Source: Batkoa obscura
Taxonomy: Eukaryota
DNA: 64,000 bases
Reading direction: 5' to 3'
NCBI GenBank assembly: GCA_030770535.1
Contig: JASVEC010000003.1
Span: forward strand, 806,001 to 870,000
Below are positions 26,109-39,318 of this stretch, piece by piece. Under the pieces are notes generated by a model, which worked only from the letters and a program-made list of their open reading frames with translations, had not been told where the DNA came from and searched no databases. The first letter of the stretch is position 1, and each line of letters starts with the position of its first letter. The translations under genes and the position numbers were made by a program.

Positions 26109-26597
26109 ATGAACAAACTCATTCTCGTTGTTTTAGCTTTAATTGCAGCTGTATTTGCTTCAGATTACAAAAAAGCTCCTCCAAGCTATAATAGCCCAGT
26201 TAAAAGCCCACCAAAGTATGATAAACCCGAAAAGCCGGTAAAAAATCCACCAAGTTACGAAACTCCTCCACCAAGTAATCCTCCAAGTTACGAAACTCCT
26301 CCACCAAGTAATCCCCCAAGTTACGAAACTCCTCCACCAAGTAATCCTCCAAGTTACGAAACTCCTCCACCAAGTAATCCCCCAAGTTACGAAACTCCTC
26401 CACCAAGTAATCCTCCAAGCTACGGCACTCCACCAGCTGTCACACCTCCAAGCTATAATATTCCGGTTATTAGCCCACCAAGCTATAATATACCTATTAT
26501 TATACCACCAAGTTATGAAGGAGGTTCAATCCCTTCACCACCTATCTACGGAGGAGGTGCAATTACTATTCTTCCTATCAACAACCCAATTTATTAG
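26109..26597 (+). CDS. Secreted PPxY-repeat family protein (NPPSYETPPPS x5)
   Basis: Signal peptide, ASDY, near-identical 33 bp repeats, ends NPIY. Confidence 0.9.
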   Translation: MNKLILVVLALIAAVFASDYKKAPPSYNSPVKSPPKYDKPEKPVKNPPSYETPPPSNPPSYETPPPSNPPSYETPPPSNPPSYETPPPSNPPSYETPPPSNPPSYGTPPAVTPPSYNIPVISPPSYNIPIIIPPSYEGGSIPSPPIYGGGAITILPINNPIY

Positions 26598-26976
26598 TAA
26601 ATCAGTAGCTTATTAGTAATAAAATTTAATTCATTTTTGTACTTAAACATGTTATAATTTACTATAAATTTAGTTTGTTGTAATATCATAACTTTCCTAA
26701 ACTTATCGCTAATGAATAAAGGACAACAGTTAGATAGATGATAATTGAGAACAAACACATGCTCCATAAATAAACGGAGTGTAAAAAATCAATACTTCTG
26801 ACCACAAAAGTCAAAGCTCTATCAATGTGTTAAATAGCTTTTAAAGGTCATTAAATTAAAACGCTAACTATCCTAAAAACTAAAAATTAATATTGAAATG
26901 AGCTAGTTGTAATGAAGTGCCGTCTACTTCTAGTTATTAACTTTAAAAAATTATTTAACTTGAGAAAAGTGAATTT

Positions 26977-27071
26977 GAGGATGTATTTTTTTGTTCAAGA
27001 ATTTTACTAATAGTCTTTCCAGTCAAATAGCGCTTGAAAAATCGAAAAAGTGAAGTCAAAAAAACACCACC
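26977..27071 (+). mobile_element. MITE family A
   Basis: TIRs present; ATTT on both sides. Confidence 0.88.
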
Positions 27072-29312
27072 ATTTGGTTTTATAAAATTACAGAGTCAAT
27101 GGGAGTTTTATGGAATTTCTTAAAATAGTTAGAGCTAAAAGAAAAAAGAAAGTTAATTAATGAAATAATTTAAACTAATATATGTAGGATATATATACCT
27201 TTTATAATTTGAATTTATCTATAAATTATAAAATATTAAAGTTGTTACCTTTAAAAGTTAAAGGGGTTGTTGCACAACATTACAGATAAAAATACCTATA
27301 AAAAAATCAAAATTCTATTAGAGAAATTTTAAGCACATCACATATATAACATATGCATATAAATTTATAATAGCACTAATACAAAATATTATATCAATGT
27401 GGAAACTACTAAATTTTTAACTAATAACAATGTTTAAATAAACCAACCCCACATTTAGAAAAATAATTTATTTAGTGTATGAAAATTTTATTAAAAAATC
27501 TATAAAAAAAGACTAGGATAATAAATATAAGTATACAATAAATATTTATAGCGTTACTTTTAACTAATGTTATCAAAATATTGTTTAAAAGTATTATTTT
27601 TTGAATTTCAACTCACTTTTTTATTCTTTTAAAAGGCACTATTCCTAAATATTCCAATAATGAAAATGAAAATACAAAAACTTAAGTCAATAAAGTCAAA
27701 AAGCTGTATTTTTAATTTATATTATTAAAAGTTACTTTTTATCATAAAAATTTAGTATAAGTTTACTCTAATTATAGTATATACTAAAATTTGAGTGATT
27801 TTTCCCACTACAAATTTATTAGCCTTGGAGTTACTCAGAAACACTCTTAAAAATAAAATACTAACAAAATCAAATTTTTTATACTAAATGTAAAAAAAAT
27901 AAAATAAAATAATAATTTTAATAGCCATAGAATTAAAAATGACTATTTTCATGTTCTAATATTTTTGTAGTTTTGTAGTAATAGCTATTCAAAAAGTACT
28001 ATAAAAATCACATCTACCCTGTATTTTTTATAAATCTTCAGGTATTTAAAATATCATAATACCTTTTTCGTTGTGTTTTCATTAAAACTTAATAATGGAA
28101 GTTATAGAAGCTTAATAAAGGTAGGCTACTGTAACTTTGCTTATAAAGAGCATTAAATCTTAAGAGTACTATTAAAACAACGTTGATATTAAAAGATTAA
28201 AATATCAAATGTGTATAAAAATGCAATTACCAAAATCTTTAGCTATAAAAACGATAGAAGCTGAGAATTCAGTGATAAATTTGTATGTTTATTTTATTTT
28301 TAATATCAGTTTACATATATCAATAATCACCATAGACATCTTGATAATTAACCTTTGATAACGTTTGATGATTTACATTATTTATCTTTGTATATAATGC
28401 ATATCTCTTTTGAGTTAGACCTAAAGTATATAAAAGCTGCAGTTACAAGCAATATACTATCTCATAATGTATAAAATAGCATTGGATCTTACTTTATTAA
28501 AGGCTATCATTTGATATTTATCAAAAATAAGTATAAAGTAAATCTTTAAAGCTTTAGTCATCTCAAATCTCATATAAATCTTATCCAACCAAACTGGGAA
28601 TGTCACCTTTAAATGTAATACACATTTTATCTTTCCACCAATCAACTGGTTTTATTTTAATGAAAATCATGTTACTACCTGCAATTCATATCAAATCAAA
28701 ATTATATACTATTTGTACATCACTAAATAAACTAAACCTAGAAATAAGCTAATTTAATATTATTACGAATACTATTCAGATTTTAGATTTTCCTTCCACC
28801 AAAATTTAAATTGCTTGGCTAAAATTTAGTTAATTTAATTAGAATTGCAAGCTTATTTTAAATTTTGGGCTTAACTTATTGAGTCATAGCCGTTATTTTA
28901 AAAAGCGTGTAAAATAGTTTTAGGGTGGGAAACAGATTTACAGTGATAAACTCTAATAAAGTTTATGTCTTTAAAGGACATAAATAATGACGAATTTATC
29001 TTATTAAAATAAATTGAGGAAGCTTCAAGGGTCAGTTTATATTAAATTTATTTCAAGTTCAGCTGTATTTTATGGATTTTAGTTTCGAATAGAATCAAAA
29101 AGTTTTCTCAAAAAAAGCCGTAAAATAAAACGAAATAAGTGAATAGAAAACGAATTTCGAACCTAACACAACTCATTTCAAAGGCCAAGAAACTGGTGCA
29201 TACTAGTAAAAACATCCATAAACACTATAAAAGCAAGTTTAAAAGCTAAAAACTAAAACTAAAAACAACTCATTATATTTATTTGTTCAACAACTCATCA
29301 ATTCATTCCAAT

Positions 29313-29720
29313 ATGAAATTCTTTACTCTAATTTTAGCCTTATCTGTAGTTGTATTCGCTCAAGATTATAATCAAACTCCTCCAGCTGCTAATCCACCAT
29401 CTTATAATACTCTTCCAGTAGCTAGTCTACAAATCTATGGCGTCTCAGGTAAAACCCATAAAAAATATGGTGATAAATTTAAAAAACCAAAGAAACCACA
29501 TGCAGGTCATGGTAAACCATCCAATATTCATACAATTGCCACTCCTCCAAGTTATGGAACCCTTCCAGTTATTAGTCCTCCGGTTATCACTCCTCCGACT
29601 GTTACCCCACCAAGCTATAGCATTCCAGTTGTGTCACCACCAAGCTATAACGGAAATCCAATTAATATTCTACCTATTCCCCAAACTTACCAAGCTATTA
29701 GTAATCCAAAGACTTATTAA
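29313..29720 (+). CDS. Secreted PPxY-repeat family protein with a Lys/His-rich insert
   Basis: Likely start is ATG 29313 (MKFFTLILALSVVVFAQDY); KTHKKYGDKFKKPKKPHAGHGK segment; ends KTY. Confidence 0.87.
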   Translation: MKFFTLILALSVVVFAQDYNQTPPAANPPSYNTLPVASLQIYGVSGKTHKKYGDKFKKPKKPHAGHGKPSNIHTIATPPSYGTLPVISPPVITPPTVTPPSYSIPVVSPPSYNGNPINILPIPQTYQAISNPKTY

Positions 29721-30173
29721 TAATAAAAGTAGTTTAATTTTTATCAAGATGTTTGTGTCGTTGTTCTGTTATTAATTATTGAGTCGAAAATTATACTTAC
29801 ATGAAACCCAATTCATTTCTAAGATGGTATTTAGTATTTTAGAATTGGTAGCATTTTAAAAGATTATAGTATTCTTTGAAAAAACTCATCCCTCTTTGAT
29901 CTGAAAACCTTTAGTTTTTTAGATCATAAATATCAATCATCTATATAATGTTTACTTAAAAATCTTACATTTATTTTTAGTTATTGTTTGTTTCCATTAT
30001 CGTTCCTTCATTCATTACTTATTGAAATAAAATAGTGGCAACTTAGATATTCAATAACTTTCAAAAAAAACCATATTTAGTTTAAGAGTAATGAACCGAT
30101 TGTTTAAAAACGCTAATTCTCTTTATAAACCATTTGTTATTTGATAATCATTATCATACCTTTTCTAATATAT

Positions 30174-30270
30174 GGTGATATATTTTTTTGTTTAAGAATT
30201 TTACTAACAATCTTTCCACTCAAATAACGCTTAAAAGATGGGAAAAGTAATGAAGCCAAAAAAAAACCCC
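30174..30270 (+). mobile_element. MITE family A
   Basis: ATAT TSD; the homologous spacer near 24195 lacks the element. Confidence 0.88.
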
Positions 30271-31561
30271 ATATGTTGATTGAAGTTTTACAATTTTTCG
30301 AGGGAACTATGAAAATATAAAGGTATTAAAGTAGTCATAGTATTTATAAAAGGTAATATCAAATAGGAATAATTATAATCAAGCCTTTAGTTATAAAAAA
30401 CAAACTGAATAGTTAAACATTAAATAGGGATATTTTATTTATTGATAATTATCGTAAACAACTTGACAAGTAACTTTTACGAATTTCGATAACTTCCGTT
30501 AGTGACCTTTTAATAGAGCATGTCTGAGAAAGCGAGCTATCCATAAAATATCTTATTAGAAAACTTTTATTTTTAGAAACAGGTTCATAACAAAAATATA
30601 GATCTTCAATTATAAAGAAACCCTATTCTCCTTAACATACAATATAAAATCCTTTCTAACTTTATTGAAACCTTTCATTCCTAAAATCATCCAAGAATAA
30701 CTATGAACTAATTGTATAAACCCATCAACTGTCTTTAATTTCAACTAAATTTATATGCAACCAAACCGATAATATCATCTTTTAATAATCTTATGCTTAC
30801 CATAATTTTTACTATTTGATTTATTTTATTTTATTATAGCTATTGAAATTGAAATCTACTCTATATACCAATAATTTTTATAACTAATAAGTTGTATTAT
30901 TGCGTTGATATGGATTTTAAGCTAAATTCTTATTTTTAAATGTATAGTTAGTCAGAGCATATTTCAACTTAAATAACTGAATATTTGAGGTAAATTTTAA
31001 ACACCCTTAAGATTTAAGATAGTTTGACTAAAATTTAGTTTAGTTTTATGTCTAAATCCCCAAGTTTATCCCAAGTTGTGTAGATTTTTGGAAGAAAATT
31101 AAAACACCTAGAGCGAAATTGAAGCTCAAGATGTTAGTTAAACTGGCTGAACCTTTATTTTATTGACATTTAAAATAGTTTTAATATTGAAAGCATAGTG
31201 TTACTACGGTTAACTATAAAATAAATACCCCTTTCTCAAAGTATAGAAACAGCAAAGATTGGAGTCGATGAAATAAATTCCACAATTATTGAGAGCTAGA
31301 TTGGATTCTATTATCCACAAAAGTTAATTATATTTTACAGATTTGGTTTTTAATAAACCGGGTTTATTATCAAAAACCTTGAAATAAAATGGGCAAATTG
31401 AAAATAAATTGAATTCAACACAACCAATATCAACATAAACCGATGATAATAAGCTAGTTTAAACACATGAATAAAGACTATAAAAACAGAGATAAAAACT
31501 CAAAAACAAAGATAAAAACATTTCATTCTATTTATTTACTAATTGCCTAATTTATTTCATT

Positions 31562-32110
31562 ATGAACAAATTCATCCTCATTATTTTTGCTTTAATTACA
31601 GTTATAATTGCATCGGATTATATTCCACCTCCACCAAGTTATAATATCAAACCTGAAAACCCAGTTAAAAACCCTCCTACTTATGATGATAAACCAGAGA
31701 AGCCTGAAAAACCAGTTAAAAACCCTCCTACTTATGATGATAAACCAGAGAAGCCTGAAAAACCAATTAAAAACCCACCTACTTATGATGATAAACCAGA
31801 GAAGCCTGAAAAACCAGTTAAAAACCCTCCTACTTATGATGATAAACCAGAGAAGCCTGAAAAACCAATTAAAAATCCCCCAAGTTACGAAACTCCTCCA
31901 CCAAGTAATCCCCCAAGTTACGAAACTCCTCCACCAGCTAATCCCCCAAGTTACGAAACTCCTCCATCAAGCAATCCCCCAAGTTATACTACTACTCCAC
32001 CGAGCTACAATATACCTGTGATTTCACCACCTAATTATGGAAGTAATCCAATTGCTATTTTACCAATTCCAAATCCTTATCAACTTGCTACTAATCCAAT
32101 AGCTTATTAA
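31562..32110 (+). CDS. Secreted PPxY-repeat family protein (KNPPTYDDKPEKPEKPV x4 plus PPSYET repeats)
   Basis: Signal peptide, ASDY, 48 bp and 33 bp coding repeats, ends PIAY. Confidence 0.9.
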   Translation: MNKFILIIFALITVIIASDYIPPPPSYNIKPENPVKNPPTYDDKPEKPEKPVKNPPTYDDKPEKPEKPIKNPPTYDDKPEKPEKPVKNPPTYDDKPEKPEKPIKNPPSYETPPPSNPPSYETPPPANPPSYETPPSSNPPSYTTTPPSYNIPVISPPNYGSNPIAILPIPNPYQLATNPIAY

Positions 32111-32677
32111 GAATAAAGATTTATTAAATTTTAGAGTTATCTTCGAACTTCAATATGAGTGAGTTGAAATATTGTATTTTATACTATTTGTAAACACTTT
32201 TTTGATTTCTATGGGCAATGTATAGCTCCAATTTTTATAACTAGTTATGAATTTTGTTCTGCTGTATTGAAGCTTAACACCTATGTTCTTAATCTTAAAT
32301 AAATGATCACACAACACTGATTTGTACTATAAGAAATGGAAATAGGCTCGACTTAAACTATGTTCAATTCAAATAAAAGATTAAAGTAATTTCAACTATT
32401 TGATCTCTTTTACCAACTATCTAGTATAGTTTTTGTACTAAAATAATTGATAGAATGGATTTTATTAAGTCTGATCCTTGGATTTTAGTTGAGTTTTAGC
32501 ATTGACTTACTTTTAAATGAGCAATTAATTAGTTTTCAAAAGAGAAGAAATCACTATCTTCTAACAGCAATTTTTTCAAGAAATGCCATATTAATTCCTT
32601 AAAATTTCAACTGTTTGAACAAAAATTGGGTAAAATTTATTGTCGAAACTTGGTACTTTGTTTGTTTCGATTTTTAT

Positions 32678-32845
32678 AAAGCTATTATAGCTCCTTTACG
32701 ACTTTTTTAGCAATAATTTTTATAATTAAATTCTTTATATAGCCAATTTTTTTAACCTCAGATTCTTATACTTTAGTCCAATTTTAGTAAAATCTAATCT
32801 CTTAAATGAACATTTTATTAGTTGAAAAGGAGCTACAATAGCTTT
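32678..32845. mobile_element. Putative ~170 bp MITE with ~26 bp inverted termini
   Basis: aaagctattatagctcctttacgact versus agttgaaaaggagctacaatagcttt (near reverse complement). Confidence 0.5.
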
Positions 32846-33152
32846 GATATTTAAAATGAAAAGATTACCTTTCATCTAAATCCTTATTTCTTCACTTGCT
32901 TTCCTTTTCCCTATCTCTCCCACTATCTGTCATCTAATCTGAACTTAATTTTCTTCCAATAATAAAACACTTGGGGCTTTTGACTTTTTCAACATTTTAT
33001 TTTTTTAAAATAATATTCAATCTAATTGATTAGATAAATAATAATCTATTTTATAGTAACATTGATTCTATAAGAATAAATATATAAAGTTAATATATAA
33101 ATCGATTAGATAATATTGAAAGACATAAAGCTATTTTTTTGGTATTATTTAT

Positions 33153-33156
33153 TCAT

Positions 33157-33239
<83 letters not shown>

Positions 33240-33243
33240 TTTT
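33153..33243. repeat. (ATTT)n microsatellite
   Basis: Direct reading. Confidence 0.95.
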
Positions 33244-33621
33244 AAGCTCTTATTAAAAGGAGAAATTATTAATAGAATTTTAAATAAAAGACATTCTCAT
33301 ATAAGTAATAACTCTATCAACTAAGGATTAAAATAAAATAGGGTTCACTCAAATCTAGATTTTATTTAAATCTTATTTAAAGTTGATTTTTTAAATTTTC
33401 AATAAAGAATAAAGTGAAATTTTAGTGAAAATAAAGCCCTTAAATAAATAGTGTGGAGTTTGAATAAAATAAAACTAGACAATGTACAATAAAACAGAGA
33501 AAAAAAAAGGTGTTAATGAAATTAAAATAGATTTTAAATAACTATAAAAAGCCAACCAACTTTCTAAAATAAAAATAAAAACAACATTTATTTATTCATT
33601 AATTTAATAACTTTACTTAAT

Positions 33622-33951
33622 ATGAAATTCCTAATCCCTACCTTAACTTTAATTGCTAGTGCATGCGCTTCAGATTACGTATCATCTTCACCGGTGAGTG
33701 ATACTAGTTATAAATCTCCAATTATTTCTCCTCCAATTATTATTACTCCACCAACTAAATATCCTCCTGTTTATGGAGGTCCAATTACTTCCCCACCTAT
33801 TATTTCCCCACCTATCTATGGTGGTCCTATTAAGTCACCACCAATTTACGGTGGCCCTATTAAGTCACCACCAATTTATGGTGGTCCAATTAAAATCCTT
33901 CCTATTGAAGAACCTTATCAACCAATTACTTACCCAGTGGATTATCAATAA
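33622..33951 (+). CDS. Secreted family protein with SPPIYGGPIK repeats
   Basis: Signal peptide, ASDY, PPVY/PPIY-GG repeats, ends VDYQ. Confidence 0.88.
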   Translation: MKFLIPTLTLIASACASDYVSSSPVSDTSYKSPIISPPIIITPPTKYPPVYGGPITSPPIISPPIYGGPIKSPPIYGGPIKSPPIYGGPIKILPIEEPYQPITYPVDYQ

Positions 33952-34896
33952 TAATTATATGAAACAATAAAAATAAGTTAACTATATTATTTATATTATC
34001 TATGTTATTTATATTATTTATATTATCTATATTATATTAAATGTATTTATTTGAAATAATTAATTCAAAAAGTCCTATTTTTTTAATTTTTTTAATTAAT
34101 AAGATAAACACTAGATTTGTTTTATAACAATAATAAAATAAATTGATGTTATTGATATTTCATAGTTCAGGTTTGGTTATACGTTCTTGGTAACAAAGTT
34201 AAATTAGAAGATCACTTAAACTTTTATACATTTTAAATGTCAAAGCTAATAAATGTTAATGTTTACGTTTTATCAATGTTCTCTTCAAAACTTGAATTTT
34301 TGTTCAGTTTTTGTTTAGTTTTTATTAAGTTTTTATTTAATTTTTAATTAGATTTGAAATCAATGATTAAATTATTGAATTTTGATTGATATATATGATT
34401 ATTTTTTTAAAATGCTATAAAATTTTCAACTATTAATGAATTTCTATCAACTGACTATTCATAAATAAGGATTATTAAAAAAAATAACATTTTTTTTATA
34501 ATAAATTAATGATAAATAGTTGTTTATTTTTATTAAAAAAGTGGAATGTAAGTAAAAAATGCACAAAACTTGATTGATTAACTAACTTGATAACTAATTT
34601 AAACTATTGATAATTAATTTAAAACTTAATTAAGTTAGTATGAATTAAATAATAATAATAATAATAATAATAATAATTTAAATTAAAATATCTACACAAA
34701 TAAATAGTAGTGGGATAAGATAACATCCATAGATTGATAGTCAATAAATAATAATAAAAGTAAGTAATTTATAAATTGGTACAGTACGGGTTAGTGGCTT
34801 CTGTTTTATCAAAGTAAAGTTAACGAATGCTAAATTAGAGTGGTATGAATTGATGGAGGATAAATTTTAGGTTATTAATTATTACCCAAAGCATAT

Positions 34897-34994
34897 TAGA
34901 GTGTATTTTTTTGTTTAAGAATTTTACTAGCAATTTTTCCGCTCAAATAGCACTTTGAAAATGGAAAAGTGATGAAACTAAAAAAAACGCCTCC
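34897..34994 (+). mobile_element. MITE family A (degenerate left TIR)
   Basis: Core match; ATAT flanks. Confidence 0.85.
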
Positions 34995-35184
34995 ATATAT
35001 ATAATTATTAAAATTAAGTTAAATACCAACAATTTCATATTAAGTTATGATAATAGATTAATGAATACTGTAATATATATATTATCAAATATTTGCTTTG
35101 TTTATACATTACTTATTGAAAGCTGCCATTCAATCAGATTTCATTGCTTATGCTATACAGTTCTTAAACTTTCCGAAAGCATAT

Positions 35185-35283
35185 GGGGGTGTTTTTTTTG
35201 GGTTCATTATTTTTTCTATCTTTCAAGCGCTATTTGAGTGGAAAGATTGTTAGTAAAATTCTTAAACACAAAAATACATCCCC
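35185..35283 (-). mobile_element. MITE family A
   Basis: Reverse orientation; ATAT TSD. Confidence 0.9.
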
Positions 35284-35512
35284 ATATGAGCTCAAGTGTA
35301 ACTATTTGGTAAACTAAATATTAAAAGAATAAGGCAAATGAATTTATCAATGTAGTTCATATCTTGGAATAGGTTTTATATGGAGGGTTGTATAAGTTCT
35401 ATTTAGTGTATTTACTATCATCTAATTTGACTAAAGTTGTGCTTTTTATTCTCAACTAAAAACAATCTCAATAAAAACATAATATATTTCATTACAATAT
35501 AAGATAACATAT

Positions 35513-35611
35513 GGGGGTGTATTTTTTTGTTTAAGAATTTTACTAACAATCTTTCCACTCAAATAGTGCTTAAAAAATGGAAAAAATAATGAAACCAAAA
35601 AAAACACCCCC
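35513..35611 (+). mobile_element. MITE family A, apparently nested in a family-B remnant
   Basis: Near-perfect TIRs GGGGGTGT...ACACCCCC; ATAT TSD. Confidence 0.92.
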
Positions 35612-36141
35612 ATATAATTCTTTATGCATTTTAATTCAAATATTTGTTATAAAACCGTTAAATTCCATATTAATAATATCGTTTAGCAAAAATCAGCTCC
35701 TTCTTTAAGATATTAATTAAACTATGAAAGCTATTGAAAGCTCATATAAAGCTCATATAAAGCTCATATAAAGCTCACATCCCTCCTTATAGTAACATAG
35801 TTCTATTAATTCTCCATATTAGCTACATTATCTATTATTTTCATATGTTTCGTTCCCTATCAGAAATGAAAATTTTACCAGTTCTTTATTAATTCTTTCA
35901 AAATATTTAATAGAGTGTCAACAATATTTAAGTAATTTATCTTTGTTTTAATAATCATAAATGAATAAAGGATCACCAATAAAATAGAAGGATAAATAAA
36001 AATAAAAATAAAAATTATCAATAAATAATAAATAAAATGAAATTATTTTATTTTAGTTAAAGAGATTTAATAATTTTAAAACCTAAGATCATTTAGAATT
36101 TAATATTAATAATCAAAAAAGATAACTCAATTTAAATTTTA

Positions 36142-36555
36142 TTAATGATAAGCTACTATATTACTAATAACTTGATAAGGTTTATTGCTAGGAGGAACAA
36201 CAATAGGACTTGTTCTATAGTTAGGTAATGAAACTTTTAAAATATCTCCATAGTTTGGTGAGTTAATAGGAGGAATGTTATTCTTTGGAGGATTAATAGG
36301 AGGAATGTTATTCTTTGGAGGATTAATAGGAGGAATATTATTCTTTGGAGGATTAATAGGGGGAATATAGTTAGTTGGTGGATTAACTCTACCAATATTA
36401 TAACTTGGAGGTGTAATCACTGGAAGAGTACTATAGATTGACTTTTTTTTTATTGGTTCTTCAGGTTGAGTATCATAGCTTGGTGGAGCTTGATTATAGT
36501 CGGAAGCAAGTGTAGTTACAATTAAGGTTAAAGTGATTATAAAGAGTTTATTCAT
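36142..36555 (-). CDS. Secreted family protein with PPKNNIPPIN repeats
   Basis: Signal peptide, ASDYNQAPPSY, 30 bp repeats, ends VAYH; inverted relative to the upstream members. Confidence 0.87.
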   Translation of the reverse strand: MNKLFIITLTLIVTTLASDYNQAPPSYDTQPEEPIKKKSIYSTLPVITPPSYNIGRVNPPTNYIPPINPPKNNIPPINPPKNNIPPINPPKNNIPPINSPNYGDILKVSLPNYRTSPIVVPPSNKPYQVISNIVAYH

Positions 36556-37354
36556 AGTATAATAAATTAAGGAGTTAATAAATTAGTAAATAGAGTGCTG
36601 ATTTAAGATTTGATACTTTGGGTTTTGAGTTTGTTTTTATATTGTTTATAGGCCATTTTAAACTAATAGTTGCCATCATATTTGATTTGAAACACCAGAT
36701 TCTTGGGTTATTTTGAATTCACCCATTCAAAGCATTTTTATTTTCAAAATCGGGTTCATTTTATTCCAAACTAATATAGCCGTAATATGCAATTGTAATT
36801 TAAGGGTCATTGGGTTGAATCTAGTACTCAATCCCAGCTTCATTGGAATTTGATAGCATCAAGCCGTTATTTTATGTACATTTAAAAACAAAACCTTTAT
36901 TTTATAGTTGATTGTAGCTAATCTGTTTTTATACTCAAAGTAGTCGACTTTTTTTCAATAAAATAGGAGCTAAAGGTAGTAATAACTTAAGACCAAAAGT
37001 ATTTATAACTAATTACTATTTGTTTGTGATTTGTACTAAAATAACTCTTAACATTAATTGTTAAATCCGACTTAATTTTAATCTACTATATTGAATTTTA
37101 AGGGGCTAAAATTAGAATGTTTGAAAACCCACTTGCAACATTAACAAACTACTTTAATTCTGGCTGAATTCAAATGAACTATTTATTTGTTAGTATTGAG
37201 ATATATCTTCATTTTAGTTCACTATAATAGAATCAATCAATTCATTTAGTTAATTGAAGACATGGTAAGTAGCTAGCATTTCAATGTAGCATTAAAAGTT
37301 TGATTGCATACAAATTGCATGAAACTTAAGGGGGTTAATGCATTTAAAATATTA

Positions 37355-37573
37355 CAGTATTTTTTAAGCTATCATGTCTATAGTAAGAAAAGGATATCAG
37401 CAAACTGAAGTAAAAAAATATCAATAATTTTCAACAAAAATGAACAAAATTAACAAGTTTCATTAGAATATTGCAAATTTTGTTCACCTTTGTTAAAAAT
37501 GATTTTTGCCAAATTTGACTTCCATTTGTTGGAATTCCCTTCTTGTTATAGTTGTGGTGTGTTAAAGATACTG
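37355..37573. mobile_element. Palindromic Tc1/mariner-type MITE (TA|CAGT...ACTG|TA)
   Basis: The whole ~220 bp folds back imperfectly (aacaaaaatgaacaaaatt / aattttgttcacctttgtt); CAGT/ACTG ends flanked by TA. Confidence 0.65.
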
Positions 37574-37799
37574 TAATTTAGATCATTTATCCAAATTAAA
37601 GTACCCAATTAATATATACTTAAATAGATCATTATATTATTATGAAAAAAGGACTATTTATGTGTATTATAGTTGAGTTTTTAAAGACGAACAGGTTTTA
37701 ATAGAGCTTTTAAAGAACAATATACTTTTTCTTATATATTTCAATAAAATAAAATACTAGAAATAATTGGAATTTAGTAAACATCTATGATTAAAATAT

Positions 37800-37897
37800 G
37801 GGGGTGTTTTTTTGCTTTCATCACTTTTTCCACTTTTTAAGCGCTATTTGAGCGGAAAGATTGTTAGTAAGATTCTTAAACAAAAAAACACATACCC
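37800..37897 (-). mobile_element. MITE family A
   Basis: Reverse orientation; ATAT TSD. Confidence 0.9.
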
Positions 37898-38681
37898 ATA
37901 TACTAAAAGTATTAAACTATGAAATGCTGTAATAAAAATCGAAAAAAGATTCCTGGTTGATATCTGAATGTTCTTTTTTTTCTGCCTTTTAGAACTAAAA
38001 GTGGTTCACTAATTGACGTTATCATTTTATTTAATAGTATTATTAAATGGGTTGATAATTAGTTTCAATCTAAGTTTAATAGATAACTACTAAACATTCC
38101 TATTTCCAATCAAAAATTGGTGTAGTTTCCACTATCAATAGCGATTATAACGGGTTTGGAAAAGGTGGGTAGATTCACTTTAAAATCATTCATGTTTTGT
38201 AAAATGAATTGACTTATTTCTAAAATTCAAGCTTACTCAATCTATTATTCTATCTTTTATATTGGAAATTTACTAGCAGTTCTAATTTGAGTTTAATAAT
38301 ACTGGATGAACTAAAAAGTATCTAAAAAAACAAGAGTATTTTAAAATAAGATGAAAATTATAGAAGTGAATATAATATTAATAGTAAGGCTTTTTGATTG
38401 AATATATGTAACATTTTGAAATTGAAAAGTATTACCATCTCCACTTTCATATACACTTTTACTTTTATTAATAAAACATATATGAATTTCTAACTCCTTA
38501 AAGAGTTCGAAAAAATCATATTACCTTTTTAAATGTGAAGGCAAATGTTCAACTTTAACACTAGTGAAGAATCAAAGTCTATCTTGAAAGTAAATTGAAA
38601 TTTCATGTAAATAGAATTTTGTAATTCATTTAATAAAAAAAGGCCCATATATATATATAATAACTCTTTTATCATTTTATT

Positions 38682-39082
38682 AGAAATGTCCTACTGGTTT
38701 ACCAATAGTACGATGGGATTGATTAATAGGAATCATACTAATTCCACCTCCCCTATAATTAAGCAATGAGTCAAAAGATATGGTATAATTTGTCTTTTCA
38801 GTCATTGAACCACTATAAGTATTTATAGAAAGAAACATTGAAGCCTTTTAAATAAGTATAAATATAGATGGCTCATAACTTGGTGAACTACTGGTGGGGA
38901 ATTATAGCCTGGTGAATATAGTTTGGAACATGAGTTGGTGTGATGTGGGTTTGTGGAGCATAGATGGGAGTGATACGAACTGGTGGATTATAGCTTAGCG
39001 GATTATAGCTTGGAGGATACTGATTATAATTAGAAGCGTATACATCAGCGGTTAAAGTTAAAACAGGGGTAAGGAAAGTAGT
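38682..39082 (-). pseudogene. PPxY-family pseudogene (start lost, stops)
   Basis: FLTPVLTLTADVYASNYNQYPPSYN matches family N-termini; no ATG; broken downstream. Confidence 0.75.
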
Positions 39083-39318
39083 ATTAATTATATAGTAGGT
39101 TAAGGTTTTTTTTTGCAACTTTCCTTGAATTTTAGTTTTACTTCTATACTACCTATAAAGTACTCTAATTCAATATGACTCATATTTTATGCGTTATATT
39201 TTTGAATTTTATAAAAGTACAAAGTCAAAAGTATTATATTTAGTAAATTTATAACTAATACTTGAGAATAAGGGATTATTTAGATTAAATCAGCTTGTTA
39301 AAATACCCTTCATATATA

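Noticed and set aside
33139..33324. ORF with LFIY repeats
   Set aside because: Translation of the (ATTT)n microsatellite.
35737..35780. Short tandem repeat (aaagctcatat)x4
   Set aside because: Simple slippage repeat with no further structure.
18626..36555. Kex2-processed repeat (RiPP/KEP) precursors
   Set aside because: Repeats lack KR/RR separators and no tailoring enzymes are visible in the cluster.
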